Source: Candidatus Latescibacterota bacterium
Lineage (GTDB): Bacteria > Latescibacterota > UBA2968 > UBA8231
Assembly (NCBI GenBank): GCA_965261395.1
Contig: OZ253462.1
Coordinates: 5,920,001-5,984,000 of the forward strand
Reading direction: 5' to 3'
Length of the DNA stretch: 64,000 nucleotides
Made by a program: the position numbers and the translations under genes. The notes under the pieces are model-generated. The model searched no databases and had not been told where the DNA came from. It saw only the letters and a list, made by a program, of their open reading frames with translations. Position 1 is the stretch's first letter, and every line of letters begins with the position of its first letter. This document shows, one piece after another, positions 38,971 through 48,230 of the stretch.

Positions 38971-39921
38971 TCAAAAGCCGCAGCGCTTGCAAGCGCGGAA
39001 GAAAGGCTCGGCCATGGCGTAGGCCCCGCGAAAGACCATGTCGCTGGTGAGGGGATGCACGCAGATCAGGCGCGCGCCGTTATCGATGGCCTCGACCATG
39101 CCGTCTTCGATGTCTTGGGGATCTTCCATCGCGCCGTGCCCCACGACGCGGCCGGTGTGGACGCCGCGCTCGGCCGCGGCGCGGAAGAGGGCGTTGACCG
39201 CGTCGTTGACTTCGGGGAGGTCGCCCTCGCGCAGGATGGCGTCGAAGGGGCCGACAAAGCCACAGGCCTTATTGCGCCCTTGGGCAGCCATCAGGTCGAG
39301 GACGCGGTCGCGGGTCTCGATGTCGATGATGTATTCCTTGGTCTCGAACTGGATCCAGCCTTGGGTCTCGGTCTCGGTGCCGCGCAGTTCGTCGGGCGTG
39401 AACATCATGGTCCGCTCGCCGTCGCGGACCGGATATCCGCCGCGGTCGTCGGGGGTGGCTTGGCCGGGGACTGGGAAGTTGATGGCGCGGAAGTAGCGCT
39501 CGGCTTCCTCGTAGGTGGTGCCATAGGGGCGCATCGTCGCCCGCGCCCCGAGCTGGAAGGCGTCGCCGTGTTCGGAGCGAGCCTCGCGGGCTAGACGCTG
39601 GACCGGCAAGATGCCGTGGCGCGAGACGACGGCGTTTTGCTCGCGGCCGTACCAGCCTTCCCATTGGCTGTGCTCGGCGTCGTTGACTATCCACGACCAG
39701 CCGGCTTTGGCCCAGGCGTGGACCTCGGCGTCGCGTAGCTTGTGCCAAGGAACGTCGTTGAAGCCGCCCAACAGGGGCGGGGTTTTGGCCACGGACTCGC
39801 ACTGGTCGAGCGTTGCCTTGAGCGGGTTGCGCGCGGGGTTGAGGGCATAATTGTAAGCGCGGCGGGCGAATTCCTCGGCTGCGAGGGGCCGGCTGCCGCC
39901 GATGGCTGCGATGGCGTCCAC
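38971..39921 (-). CDS. HpcH/HpaI aldolase-like (pyruvate kinase-like barrel) protein
   Basis: AG..WIV.DAEH, D....GA, RGGYP, IQFET, FVGPFD; GTG start with AGGAG SD. Confidence 0.7.
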   Translation of the reverse strand: MDAIAAIGGSRPLAAEEFARRAYNYALNPARNPLKATLDQCESVAKTPPLLGGFNDVPWHKLRDAEVHAWAKAGWSWIVNDAEHSQWEGWYGREQNAVVSRHGILPVQRLAREARSEHGDAFQLGARATMRPYGTTYEEAERYFRAINFPVPGQATPDDRGGYPVRDGERTMMFTPDELRGTETETQGWIQFETKEYIIDIETRDRVLDLMAAQGRNKACGFVGPFDAILREGDLPEVNDAVNALFRAAAERGVHTGRVVGHGAMEDPQDIEDGMVEAIDNGARLICVHPLTSDMVFRGAYAMAEPFFRACKRCGF

Positions 39922-39982
39922 TTAGGTGTCTCCTTGTTTCTTGTTGTGGGTCAAATTTTGTCGCGTTCTACGTTATAAAATA

Positions 39983-40065
39983 TAAAGAGTCGCAATGTCC
40001 GTTGTGGGGATTGCGAATTGCGAATTGAATGTACCAGTCTAAAGAGTCGCAGTGTCTGGTGTGGG
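39983..40065. repeat. Two 26-bp direct repeats (23/26 identical) around a 31-bp spacer containing heptamer repeats (ATTGCGA)
   Basis: TAAAGAGTCGCAATGTCCGTTGTGGG 39983-40008; TAAAGAGTCGCAGTGTCTGGTGTGGG 40040-40065. Confidence 0.75.
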
Positions 40066-40075
40066 AGTAGGCGTT

Positions 40076-41389
40076 CTAGCCGGTCGGGAGCATACTGGCC
40101 AGCAGCGTTGCCAAGCCCAAAAACGAAAGGAAGCCCACGATGTCGGTCACGGTTGTGAGAATGATCGAGGCCGCGGTCGCGGGGTCGTAGCCCAGCTTGG
40201 ACAGCACGACCGGAATGGCCGCGCCGGCCATGGACGCGAGTATCATGGACGCCAACATGGCGCACAACATGACGAGGGCCAGCCCCAAGCTCTGGCTCCA
40301 GACGAAGACGCCGATCGCGGTCACCGCGGCAATGGCCAGCCCGTTGCAAAAGCCGACTGCTAGCTCCTTGGCGAGGACGCGGGTCGCGTGCGAGGTGCGG
40401 ATCTCGCGCAGCGCGAGTCCCCGCATAGTCACGGCGAGGGCCTGCGCGCCGGTGTTGCCCGACTGACCTGCGACTACGGGCAGCAAGACCGCGAGCGCGG
40501 TAAACTTGGCAATCGTGTCCTCGAAGAGGCCGACGACCGCAGCCGCCAGAAAGGCAGTTACGAGGTTGATGTGGAGCCAGGGCAGCCGACTGCGAATGCC
40601 CACCCACGGTTTGGATAGGGCGCGTTCTTCGGCGGATACACCGACCATCTCTTGGACATTAGCCGCTAGGTTTTGCTGCGCCGCGCTCACAAGGCCGTCG
40701 TGGCGAATGACGCCGACGACTTGTCCTGCGAAATCGACCACCGGCAGACTTGTGAGGCGGTAGGTATTCAGGAGTTCGACGATCTCGTCCCTCGGCGTCA
40801 TGGGATGCACTTGCACGGCCGTGCCGTCGCGGAGATCACCGAGCAGCAGTTCGGGATCGGCGGCGACTACGTCCGGCAATCGCACCACGCCTGCGTAGCG
40901 ATCGTTTTCGTCGCGCAGCACGAGCGCTATGGCGCGGCGGTTGCCTAGCTGACGGATTCGCTCTAGCGCGGTGGCTACCGTGCAATCCACCGCAAAAGTG
41001 CTGACTTGGGCATCCATCAGGGAACCGGCCGTGCCCGGGGGATAGGAGAGAATCTCTTGGATTTCCCGCCCGCGTTCCGCGCCCGCCAACGCGAGGATCC
41101 GCGCGCGTGCTGACTCGTCGAGATGCGCGAGCAGCCGGGCGATAAAGGCCGGGTCGAGTTGCGCGAGCAGCCGGCTCAGGGCAGCGTCGTCCAAGTACGT
41201 CAAAATGTGCGCTCCGCGCTCTAGCTCCATCCGCTGCAAGACCGTTGCCACGACCGCGTCATCCCCGCGCTGCAACACGCCGACGGCCTCGTCCACGTCG
41301 GCGTCGTCTAGCTGGCGCGCCACTTCCTCGGGATGGAGTTCGACAAACCGCCGGATGAGCACTTGGTGCGGAGTTAGCTGTTCCATCAC
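40076..41389 (-). CDS. mgtE: Magnesium transporter MgtE
   Basis: MgtE_N, CBS pair (TAGSLM, LPVVD), RLPWL..NL, GQSGNTGAQ, DPATAAS..LTT.TD..GF..FLGLA. Confidence 0.92.
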   Translation of the reverse strand: MMEQLTPHQVLIRRFVELHPEEVARQLDDADVDEAVGVLQRGDDAVVATVLQRMELERGAHILTYLDDAALSRLLAQLDPAFIARLLAHLDESARARILALAGAERGREIQEILSYPPGTAGSLMDAQVSTFAVDCTVATALERIRQLGNRRAIALVLRDENDRYAGVVRLPDVVAADPELLLGDLRDGTAVQVHPMTPRDEIVELLNTYRLTSLPVVDFAGQVVGVIRHDGLVSAAQQNLAANVQEMVGVSAEERALSKPWVGIRSRLPWLHINLVTAFLAAAVVGLFEDTIAKFTALAVLLPVVAGQSGNTGAQALAVTMRGLALREIRTSHATRVLAKELAVGFCNGLAIAAVTAIGVFVWSQSLGLALVMLCAMLASMILASMAGAAIPVVLSKLGYDPATAASIILTTVTDIVGFLSFLGLATLLASMLPTG

Positions 41390-42252
41390 GGCTTCTGCTC
41401 GCCCGAGCCAGCGGCGGTCTCAGAGGCTGTCTCTTGGAACATGCCGCGCAGACCGAGGCCAAACAATCCGCGCAGGCCGAGGCCAAATACTTCGCTGAGG
41501 GCCGAGGCCGTTTGTAAGCCGCTATCTGTCAGCGCGTCGCTAGCCCGACGCCGCTCCAAATCGCGCGCGGTTTCGTAGCGGATGACGCCGACGAACTGGC
41601 CGGCCTGGTCCACCACGGGCAGCGCGTGGACGCTTCCCCACGCCGGGTGTTCCACCACAGTTTGCCAAGTGGCGCTGGCGGCAATGGATGCGACGTGGCG
41701 CGTGCAGACAGACGCCAGCGATACATCGGGCCGCGCGCCCATTAGCTCCCGCATGTTGATGACGCCGACGAGCCGTTGATCGTCGGCTACCACGTAGAGA
41801 TAGTAGAGGGCGTGTTCTGGATGGCGCTGGAGCCGCGCTAGCACTTGGAAAACTGGCTCCTGCTCGAATGCAGTGAGCACTTCCGGGTCCATGAGTGCTC
41901 CGGCCGTATCCTCGGCGTAGATGAGCAGGCTCGCAATCACGGCTTGGAGGCGCGAGGGGAAGTGATCGACGACCGCGCTCCGGCGCTCGCTCGGAGTTGC
42001 CCGCAAGATAGACGCGGCGATATCCGGGCGTACGGCAACGAGTATGGCCGCAGCTTCTTCGGCGGATAGCTGCTCTAGGGCGAGGGCTGCAGCAAGCGAC
42101 GGCAGATAGTGCAAGAGGCCCGCGGCAACCGCTGGCGCTAGGCCGCCGAGGACCAGCGCTGCCTCTTGGCTCGACATGGCCGCTAGGTCACACGCGACTT
42201 CCGAGGGATGATCGGTTGCAAATTGCGCGAGGAGTTGTCGTTCAAGATTCAC
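41386..42252 (-). CDS. MgtE cytosolic-domain (MgtE_N + CBS) protein lacking the TM domain
   Basis: Y.EDTAGALMDP, YYLYVV.D..RLVGV..MRELM, ALPVVD. Confidence 0.8.
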   Translation of the reverse strand: MNLERQLLAQFATDHPSEVACDLAAMSSQEAALVLGGLAPAVAAGLLHYLPSLAAALALEQLSAEEAAAILVAVRPDIAASILRATPSERRSAVVDHFPSRLQAVIASLLIYAEDTAGALMDPEVLTAFEQEPVFQVLARLQRHPEHALYYLYVVADDQRLVGVINMRELMGARPDVSLASVCTRHVASIAASATWQTVVEHPAWGSVHALPVVDQAGQFVGVIRYETARDLERRRASDALTDSGLQTASALSEVFGLGLRGLFGLGLRGMFQETASETAAGSGEQKP

Positions 42253-43078
42253 TGGACACTTCCTTGCTTATGCGGAGGCAGCGCTCTTCGAAGAAGCGCT
42301 GGCCGGGGATGCCCAACTCACCCTCGGCGTGCTCGACAAAAACGGTGGTGGAGGTCGTCCGCACGATGCGCCCGTTGTCGTCGCCGAGGCGAATGCGCTG
42401 ACCCACGTCGTAGGACTTGTTGACGTAGTGCATGGCGAGGATGTTAGCGATAATGCTGCGGGCACCCAGCCCAAACGCAAAGGCTGCGCCGGCGAGGATC
42501 GCGGCGAGCACGATCAAGAAGATGTCCGTCAGCAGCGATACATCTACTCCGAGTTGCTTGGTCGCCACGAGAATGGCCGCGCCGACGATGAGCCCTCGGA
42601 CGAGGCGAGCCAATTGCCGCCCCTGATGCGGCAACAAGCGAAAGGCCGTGCTCATGGCCGCGTCGCTGATGAGGCGACCTCCGACGACGCCGGCGAATAA
42701 GACTGCGACCGCCACGATGACCTTGGGTAGGTATTGTGCTAGGGCGGCCAGATAGGTGGTCAAAATCGGGAGGCCGACTACCTCGCTGGTCACCATGACC
42801 GCGACCAACAAGACGAGCCAGTAGATGCTGCTTGAGACGATGCGCCCGGTCCCCTTGTCGGCCAAGGCCTGTTGCCAAGCGGCCTGGGTCGTTCCCGCAG
42901 AAATCCGCTTGGAAAAACGCGCTACCACTCGGCGCGCAAGCGCGCGAAGCGACCACGCCACGAGCCACCCGACCAACAGCACGCATAGAGCGACGACCAA
43001 CTTGGGCAGCAGGTGGAAGAAGCTCTCTTTGATGGAACCAAGGACGGCGAGCATCTCGGCGGATGAGCTAGGCTCCAT
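42242..43078 (-). CDS. Small-conductance mechanosensitive channel-like / TM_helix-repeat protein
   Basis: LPKLV.A..VL.VGW, YLPKVI.A, AFAFGLGAR...AN, Y.VGQ.I. Confidence 0.8.
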   Translation of the reverse strand: MEPSSSAEMLAVLGSIKESFFHLLPKLVVALCVLLVGWLVAWSLRALARRVVARFSKRISAGTTQAAWQQALADKGTGRIVSSSIYWLVLLVAVMVTSEVVGLPILTTYLAALAQYLPKVIVAVAVLFAGVVGGRLISDAAMSTAFRLLPHQGRQLARLVRGLIVGAAILVATKQLGVDVSLLTDIFLIVLAAILAGAAFAFGLGARSIIANILAMHYVNKSYDVGQRIRLGDDNGRIVRTTSTTVFVEHAEGELGIPGQRFFEERCLRISKEVSSES

Positions 43079-43091
43079 AAGGTACCTCCAG

Positions 43092-43808
43092 TTACTTTTT
43101 TTGCCTTACCACCATTGAGACGATGGCCAGCCAATAGAGGTTCTGCACAACGGCGAAATAATAGACGACCCCCATGAGGTGGTCAAACACTGCGCCCAAC
43201 GCGAAAACCATCAGATAAACGTCGATGCCACTGCGCATATAGTTGCGCAGTTTCAGCGGCGGAATGCGCACGAAGCCCGCCAAGCGGCCAACTAGGCCGC
43301 GGCCCGCGGATTCAGCTAGTTGTCCCTTGCCAAAGGCCGTGGCGTTCATCAAGGTGGCGATGTGGGTCATGGCTAGCGAAGCGAAGACGACAAAGGAGTA
43401 GAGATAGGCGTACGGATCGTCGCTTTGGTGCTCCAATGCCGCTCCCAACGCAAGGCAGAGCACCAGCTCGGCGATGCGGTCAAGCAAGCCGTCGAGCCAA
43501 GCGCCAAACGGCGAACTGATGCCGCGCAAACGAGCGAGTTCGCCGTCGCAGCAATCGAGCGTAAAGGATAGTTGGATGAGGAGGCCGGCCCCGATGAGGG
43601 CGATGCGCTCACCGGTGGAGAGCAGGTACGCGCCGGGCAGGAGGACGAAAAAGGAAAGCACCGTCACTTGGTTGGGGGTGAGTGGGGTGCGGACCAAGAG
43701 GCGGGTGAGCAGGGTGGAGAGGCGGCGGTTGAACAGGACTTCGACTAGCCCCATGACCGCGGGTTTGCTGGCCTTGAAGTCCGCAGCCGTGTACGGGGAT
43801 TTACGCAC
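43092..43808 (-). CDS. CDP-alcohol phosphatidyltransferase
   Basis: LTPNQVT; DCCDGELAR...S.FGAWLDGLLDR signature. Confidence 0.9.
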   Translation of the reverse strand: MRKSPYTAADFKASKPAVMGLVEVLFNRRLSTLLTRLLVRTPLTPNQVTVLSFFVLLPGAYLLSTGERIALIGAGLLIQLSFTLDCCDGELARLRGISSPFGAWLDGLLDRIAELVLCLALGAALEHQSDDPYAYLYSFVVFASLAMTHIATLMNATAFGKGQLAESAGRGLVGRLAGFVRIPPLKLRNYMRSGIDVYLMVFALGAVFDHLMGVVYYFAVVQNLYWLAIVSMVVRQKK

Positions 43809-43857
43809 GGGTGCTCCTATATTCTAAATTTTTGAGCGAGTTAGCGGGACACTAAAA

Positions 43858-44896
43858 TTAATCCCGGAAGGGAATCAGGTGCAGGACCTGCTCGATGGAC
43901 GTGCATAGCTCTTCCGCCTCATAGGCCCGTTGGTGCAGGAGAATGGACTCTGCGGTTTTGAGCATAGCTGGATAGGCACTACGCAGCAAGTGGTTGGCGT
44001 AGAGAACTACTTGCACGCCGGCATCGACGAGCTGTTGCTCGGTCACCTGACTGAAGGTCGAAGGCATCGGCATCCTCTTGGTGCAGTGCGGCCGCCGCGC
44101 CGGATGGACTCATTGTGTCTTCTATGACAATGGCCGAAACGCCGATTCGCTCCAGCGTGCGCACCGCCAGGACAAAGTGCTCGACCAAGCCGCCGGAATC
44201 GCCGTCGAGGATGAGCGGCTTGTTGGTGACGGCCAAAATTTCCTGCACCGTGGCCATGCGCGAGGTGAGATCGACGCATTCGATGTCGGGCTTGCCCTTG
44301 GCCGTGGAGTCGGCGAGGCTGCCGACCCACATGGCGTCGAATCCTCGCGTTTGGCCGTCTGCTTCCACTTGCGCGTTTTCGACGATCAGTCCGGTGAGGC
44401 CGCTGTGCGCTTCGAGCGCGGTCACCAACGGCTTGGCGGCTAGCAGTCGGCGCAACCGCTGGCGGCGGATATCGGGCGTAAAGCCCACTTCGCGGAGGGC
44501 CGCGTTCAGCCACGTCGAGGAAATGCCCGGAGTGTACGCTGGCTCGACCACTTCTCCACCCCACTCTTTGAGCGCGTCGATGACGCGCTGCCGCGCCTCG
44601 CGCTGGACGCCGGTGCGCCAGTCGTCGCCGTGGACGAAGTAGCGCGGCCGCAGGCGGCGCACGTTGGGCACGTAGTCGAGCGTCGTCTGGGGGATTACCT
44701 CGCTTACCCCCTTGATGTTTTCGACGATAGTCTTGCGCTGCTCGTAGTTCAGATAGGGCAGACGCTTGTAGCTGACCATGGCCTCGTCGGTCATCAGGCC
44801 AACGGTGATTTCTCCCAATTCTCGCGCGACGCGGATGATGTTTAGATGCCCTTGGTGGAGCAAATCCACGCACATAGGTACATATACTTTAGGCAT
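43858..44896 (-). pseudogene. aepX: Cytidylyltransferase-phosphoenolpyruvate mutase fusion (aepX/pepM) with an internal deletion and frameshift near 44060
   Basis: DLLHQGH and HGDDW (CTase); EAHSGL.G, S...GKPD, DGDSG, IED (PEP mutase); the C-terminus PSTF...IYANH-like segment continues in another frame; the ARIES/GAD..IHS block is absent. Confidence 0.85.
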
Positions 44897-44984
44897 TTAA
44901 TGGCTACCGGGGTTGATGGGTGGGGCCGTGCGGCTCTAAAAAAGTACAGGTAGAACTGAGACGCGGCAATGGGGTGTACTGCGG

Positions 44985-45013
44985 TTGTCGCCGCCGGGGC
45001 CAGCGGCTATTTT
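44985..45013 (+). promoter_or_regulatory. Promoter TTGTCG-N17-TATTTT, 6 nt before ATG 45020 (leaderless)
   Basis: Read directly from the sequence; no SD before the ATG. Confidence 0.55.
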
Positions 45014-45019
45014 CCGGCC

Positions 45020-46963
45020 ATGCACAAGGAGCGAACTGGCTTGGAGGTGACGCGGCGCGCCCTAGTTTTGGGCGCGGGGGCGGCTCTCTTCCTGAATCTG
45101 GCCTGTCCCTACACAGTACTCGTCCTGCAAAACGCTGGCCTGACCTCGGATTATCTCGCGGCCGGCGCGATGATGGTCTTCCTGCTGCTGGTGGGCTTGG
45201 TCAACCCCCTGTTAAAGATCGCGTTCAGGGCTTGGGCACTGCGCACCAGCGAGCTGGTGGTCGTGTACGCGATGATGGTCGTGGCGTCGGCGATTCCCAC
45301 TTGGGGATTGGTGACCAACTTGTGCCACATCCTCACCCGCCCCTTCTACTACGCCACGCCAGAAAATCGCTGGGCCGAGCTGATTCAACCGCTGATTCCC
45401 TCTTGGCTGGCGCCACACGAAGCCGAGGCAGCGCGCTTCTTTTACGAAGGGCTGCCCGAGGGGATGGGCATTCCGTGGGGAGCTTGGCTGGTGCCGCTGG
45501 TGGCTTGGGGTAGCGCGATGCTGGCGGTTTACTTGCTGATGATCGCCACCATGGTCGTCTTCAGGCGGCCTTGGGTCGAACAGGAGCGGCTGGTCTTCCC
45601 GCTGGCACAGGTGCCCTTGGAGATGCTGCGCGGCAACGACGAGGGCATTTTCCCAGAGTTGTTTCGCAATCCGCTGATGTGGGTCGGGTTTGCGTTGCCC
45701 TTTGCCATCCAAGTGTTGGATGGGCTGAACCACTACTTCTTTTTTGTGCCCGAGGTGCGGCTGGTGTTCGACCCGCTGACGCTGTTCCGCGATAGCGTGC
45801 GGCTGCACATCTTCGTCAACTTCGCCATCATTGGCGTGGCGTACTTCCTCAACCTCAACGTGGCCTTCTCGGTGTGGTTTTTCCACCTGTTAAGCCGCTG
45901 CCAGACCGGGGTTTTCAACGTCATCGGCTTTCAGGTCAAAGGGCACAACGAGGCGCTCACAGGTTCTTCGGTGGCCCTGTCGCACCAGGGGATGGGAGCG
46001 ATGCTGGTGCTGGTAGCGGCGATCCTGTGGACGGCGCGAGGCCACTTGCGCCAAGTGTTCAGCGCGGCGTTCAGGCGCGGGGTACAGGCCGACGACGGCG
46101 ACGAGATTCTCTCCTATCGGGCGGCCGTGTGGCTGTGGATTGCCTGTGCGATCTATTTCCTCGGCTGGCTGCTGCTGAGCGGGGTGCCGGTGGTGGCGGC
46201 CGTGGTGTTTTTCTTTGGGGCATTTGCCATTTTCTTGGCCATTGCGCGGGTCATTGCCCAAGGCGGCGTGGGCTTTACCTCTTCGACCATGCTGCCGCAG
46301 CCCTTTGCGGTCTATACCTTGGGCACGGACGCCATTGGCTGGAAGGGGCTGGCGTCGATTAGTCTGAGCTATTCTTGGGCCGCTGAAATGCGCACCACGG
46401 TCATGGCTTCCACCGCCAACGCGCTCAAGCTAGCGCACGGGCACGGCGCGCATCACCGCCGCCTGTTCTGGGGGTTGGTCATTGCGGTCGTCGTCGGCAT
46501 GATGGGGGCCTTCTGGATCACCCTCTATTTGAACTACACGCACGGCGGGATCAACCTGCGCCAATTCGGGGTGCCGACGCTGGCCTATCGCTTTTTGGAG
46601 GACAAGATCCACAATCCCGTCGGCTGGGACCACATCCGCCCGCGGCTGCTGTTTACGGGCGTAGGCGCGGCCTTGATGGGCGCGTTGATTTACATGCAGC
46701 ACCACTTCCCGTGGTGGCCGCTGCACTACATCGGCCTGCCGGTGAGCGATAGTTGGGTCATGGGTGTGGCGTGGTTTTCGGTGTTTTTGGGCTGGTTGTG
46801 CAAGGCCGTGATATTCAAATTCACCGGCACGCGCGGCTACCTCACGTACAAGCCGCTCTTCGCCGGGCTGATCGCCGGACAGCTCATGGGCGCGGCCATG
46901 TGGATGGTGATTGACTTTTGCCTTGGGGAAGTGGGGAATGTGGTGTTCGTAGGGGTGCGCTAA
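45020..46963 (+). CDS. DUF6785/DUF6784-like membrane transporter, copy 3
   Basis: YYATPENRW, WVEQERL.FPL.Q.P, HQGMGA, DEILSYR, GGINL, WWPLH. Confidence 0.75.
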   Translation: MHKERTGLEVTRRALVLGAGAALFLNLACPYTVLVLQNAGLTSDYLAAGAMMVFLLLVGLVNPLLKIAFRAWALRTSELVVVYAMMVVASAIPTWGLVTNLCHILTRPFYYATPENRWAELIQPLIPSWLAPHEAEAARFFYEGLPEGMGIPWGAWLVPLVAWGSAMLAVYLLMIATMVVFRRPWVEQERLVFPLAQVPLEMLRGNDEGIFPELFRNPLMWVGFALPFAIQVLDGLNHYFFFVPEVRLVFDPLTLFRDSVRLHIFVNFAIIGVAYFLNLNVAFSVWFFHLLSRCQTGVFNVIGFQVKGHNEALTGSSVALSHQGMGAMLVLVAAILWTARGHLRQVFSAAFRRGVQADDGDEILSYRAAVWLWIACAIYFLGWLLLSGVPVVAAVVFFFGAFAIFLAIARVIAQGGVGFTSSTMLPQPFAVYTLGTDAIGWKGLASISLSYSWAAEMRTTVMASTANALKLAHGHGAHHRRLFWGLVIAVVVGMMGAFWITLYLNYTHGGINLRQFGVPTLAYRFLEDKIHNPVGWDHIRPRLLFTGVGAALMGALIYMQHHFPWWPLHYIGLPVSDSWVMGVAWFSVFLGWLCKAVIFKFTGTRGYLTYKPLFAGLIAGQLMGAAMWMVIDFCLGEVGNVVFVGVR

Positions 46964-46984
46964 AACAACCAAAGGAGGCTCGAC

Positions 46985-48076
46985 ATGAGCGACAAGATGT
47001 ACCGAGCAGCGGCCATAGGCCGGACCGGGCGGGGAAATTGGGGACATGGATTGCACTTGGGTTTGAAGAATCACCCGCGCATTGAGGTGGTGGCCGTCGC
47101 CGATGAGGACGCCGAGGAACGGCAGGCTAAACAGGCGGAATTGGCTGCTCCCCGCGCGTACGCCGACTGGCGCGAGATGCTAGCGGCCGAGCAGCCGGAA
47201 GTGGTGACTGTTGGGCCGCGCTGGACTGATTGCCACTTGGAGATGGTGCTGGCCTGTTTGGAGGTGGGGGCGCACGTGTACTGCGAAAAGCCCATGACTT
47301 GGAGCTTGGCTGAAGGCGACCAGATTGTGGCTAAGGCCGAGGCGACCGGGTTGAAGGTAGCCGTGGCGCATCAGGGGGCGTACCTGCCGCTAATCCGGCA
47401 CGTAAAGGAGGTGCTGGCGCAGGGGCGGATCGGCGCGGTGCAGGCCATTCGCGCCCACGGCAAACAGGATCGGCGCGGCGGCGGCGAGGACATGATCGTG
47501 CTGGGGACGCACTCGTTCAATATGATGCGCCTGTTTGCCGGCGATGTGGCGTGGATGACGGCGCACGTTGTGCACGAAGGCCGCGCGCTCCAGGTCGACG
47601 ACGTGCGCGAGGCGGCCGAGCCGGTGGGACCCGTCGCCGGCGACTGCATCAACAGCTACTTTGCCTTCAAGAGCGGAGTAGCGGGTTTTTTTGATTCGCG
47701 GAAATACGCCGAGGGTGGGGGTCAGCGGATGGGCATGGAGATCGAGGGCAGCGAAGGAGTGATCGCGCTGCGCGGCGGCGGCAGTGGCCCGGCCATGCTC
47801 TATCCGCATCCGGTGTTTGATCCAACCGCTGCGAGCCAGCAGTGGAGCCCCTTAGACGAGGTGGCGGACGAATCCCTGAGCACGGGCAACGACTTGGCGG
47901 TCGCCGATTTGATCGACGCGGCCGAAGCCGACCGCGAGCCGCTGTCGAGCGCGCGCGATGCGGTGGCGGCCTTGGAGATGATCTTGGGGGCTTACGAGGC
48001 GGAGATTACCAGAGGGCGGGTGGCGTTTCCCATGCAGCGGCGAGAGCATCCGTTGGTTGCTTGGCAAGAGGGGTGA
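46985..48076 (+). CDS. Gfo/Idh/MocA family oxidoreductase
   Basis: IGRTGRG.WGHG, HVYCEKP, GKQDRRGGGED..VLGTH; GGAGG SD. Confidence 0.9.
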   Translation: MSDKMYRAAAIGRTGRGNWGHGLHLGLKNHPRIEVVAVADEDAEERQAKQAELAAPRAYADWREMLAAEQPEVVTVGPRWTDCHLEMVLACLEVGAHVYCEKPMTWSLAEGDQIVAKAEATGLKVAVAHQGAYLPLIRHVKEVLAQGRIGAVQAIRAHGKQDRRGGGEDMIVLGTHSFNMMRLFAGDVAWMTAHVVHEGRALQVDDVREAAEPVGPVAGDCINSYFAFKSGVAGFFDSRKYAEGGGQRMGMEIEGSEGVIALRGGGSGPAMLYPHPVFDPTAASQQWSPLDEVADESLSTGNDLAVADLIDAAEADREPLSSARDAVAALEMILGAYEAEITRGRVAFPMQRREHPLVAWQEG

Positions 48077-48079
48077 TAG

Positions 48080-48109
48080 GGTAGGGGCGACCGGCCGGTC
48101 GCCCCTACC
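48080..48109. repeat. Perfect 30-bp GTAG-type REP palindrome
   Basis: GGTAGGGGCGACCGGCCGGTCGCCCCTACC equals its own reverse complement. Confidence 0.8.
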
Positions 48110-48230
48110 TTGACGGGTTGGCCTGAAATACTTGTATTTATCGCTTCACTGGCGCGTTTGTGCAAAATTTGCGGCAAATGCGCTAGATTCTGCTTTTACC
48201 TCACCTCTAGCTCGTCACAGGAAGGCACTC

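Noticed and set aside
39983-40065. CRISPR array
   Set aside because: Only two imperfect repeats, low-complexity spacer, no cas genes; kept only as a repeat
44040-44075. Programmed frameshift in aepX
   Set aside because: No slippery site, and a large conserved block is physically missing, so recoding could not restore the enzyme
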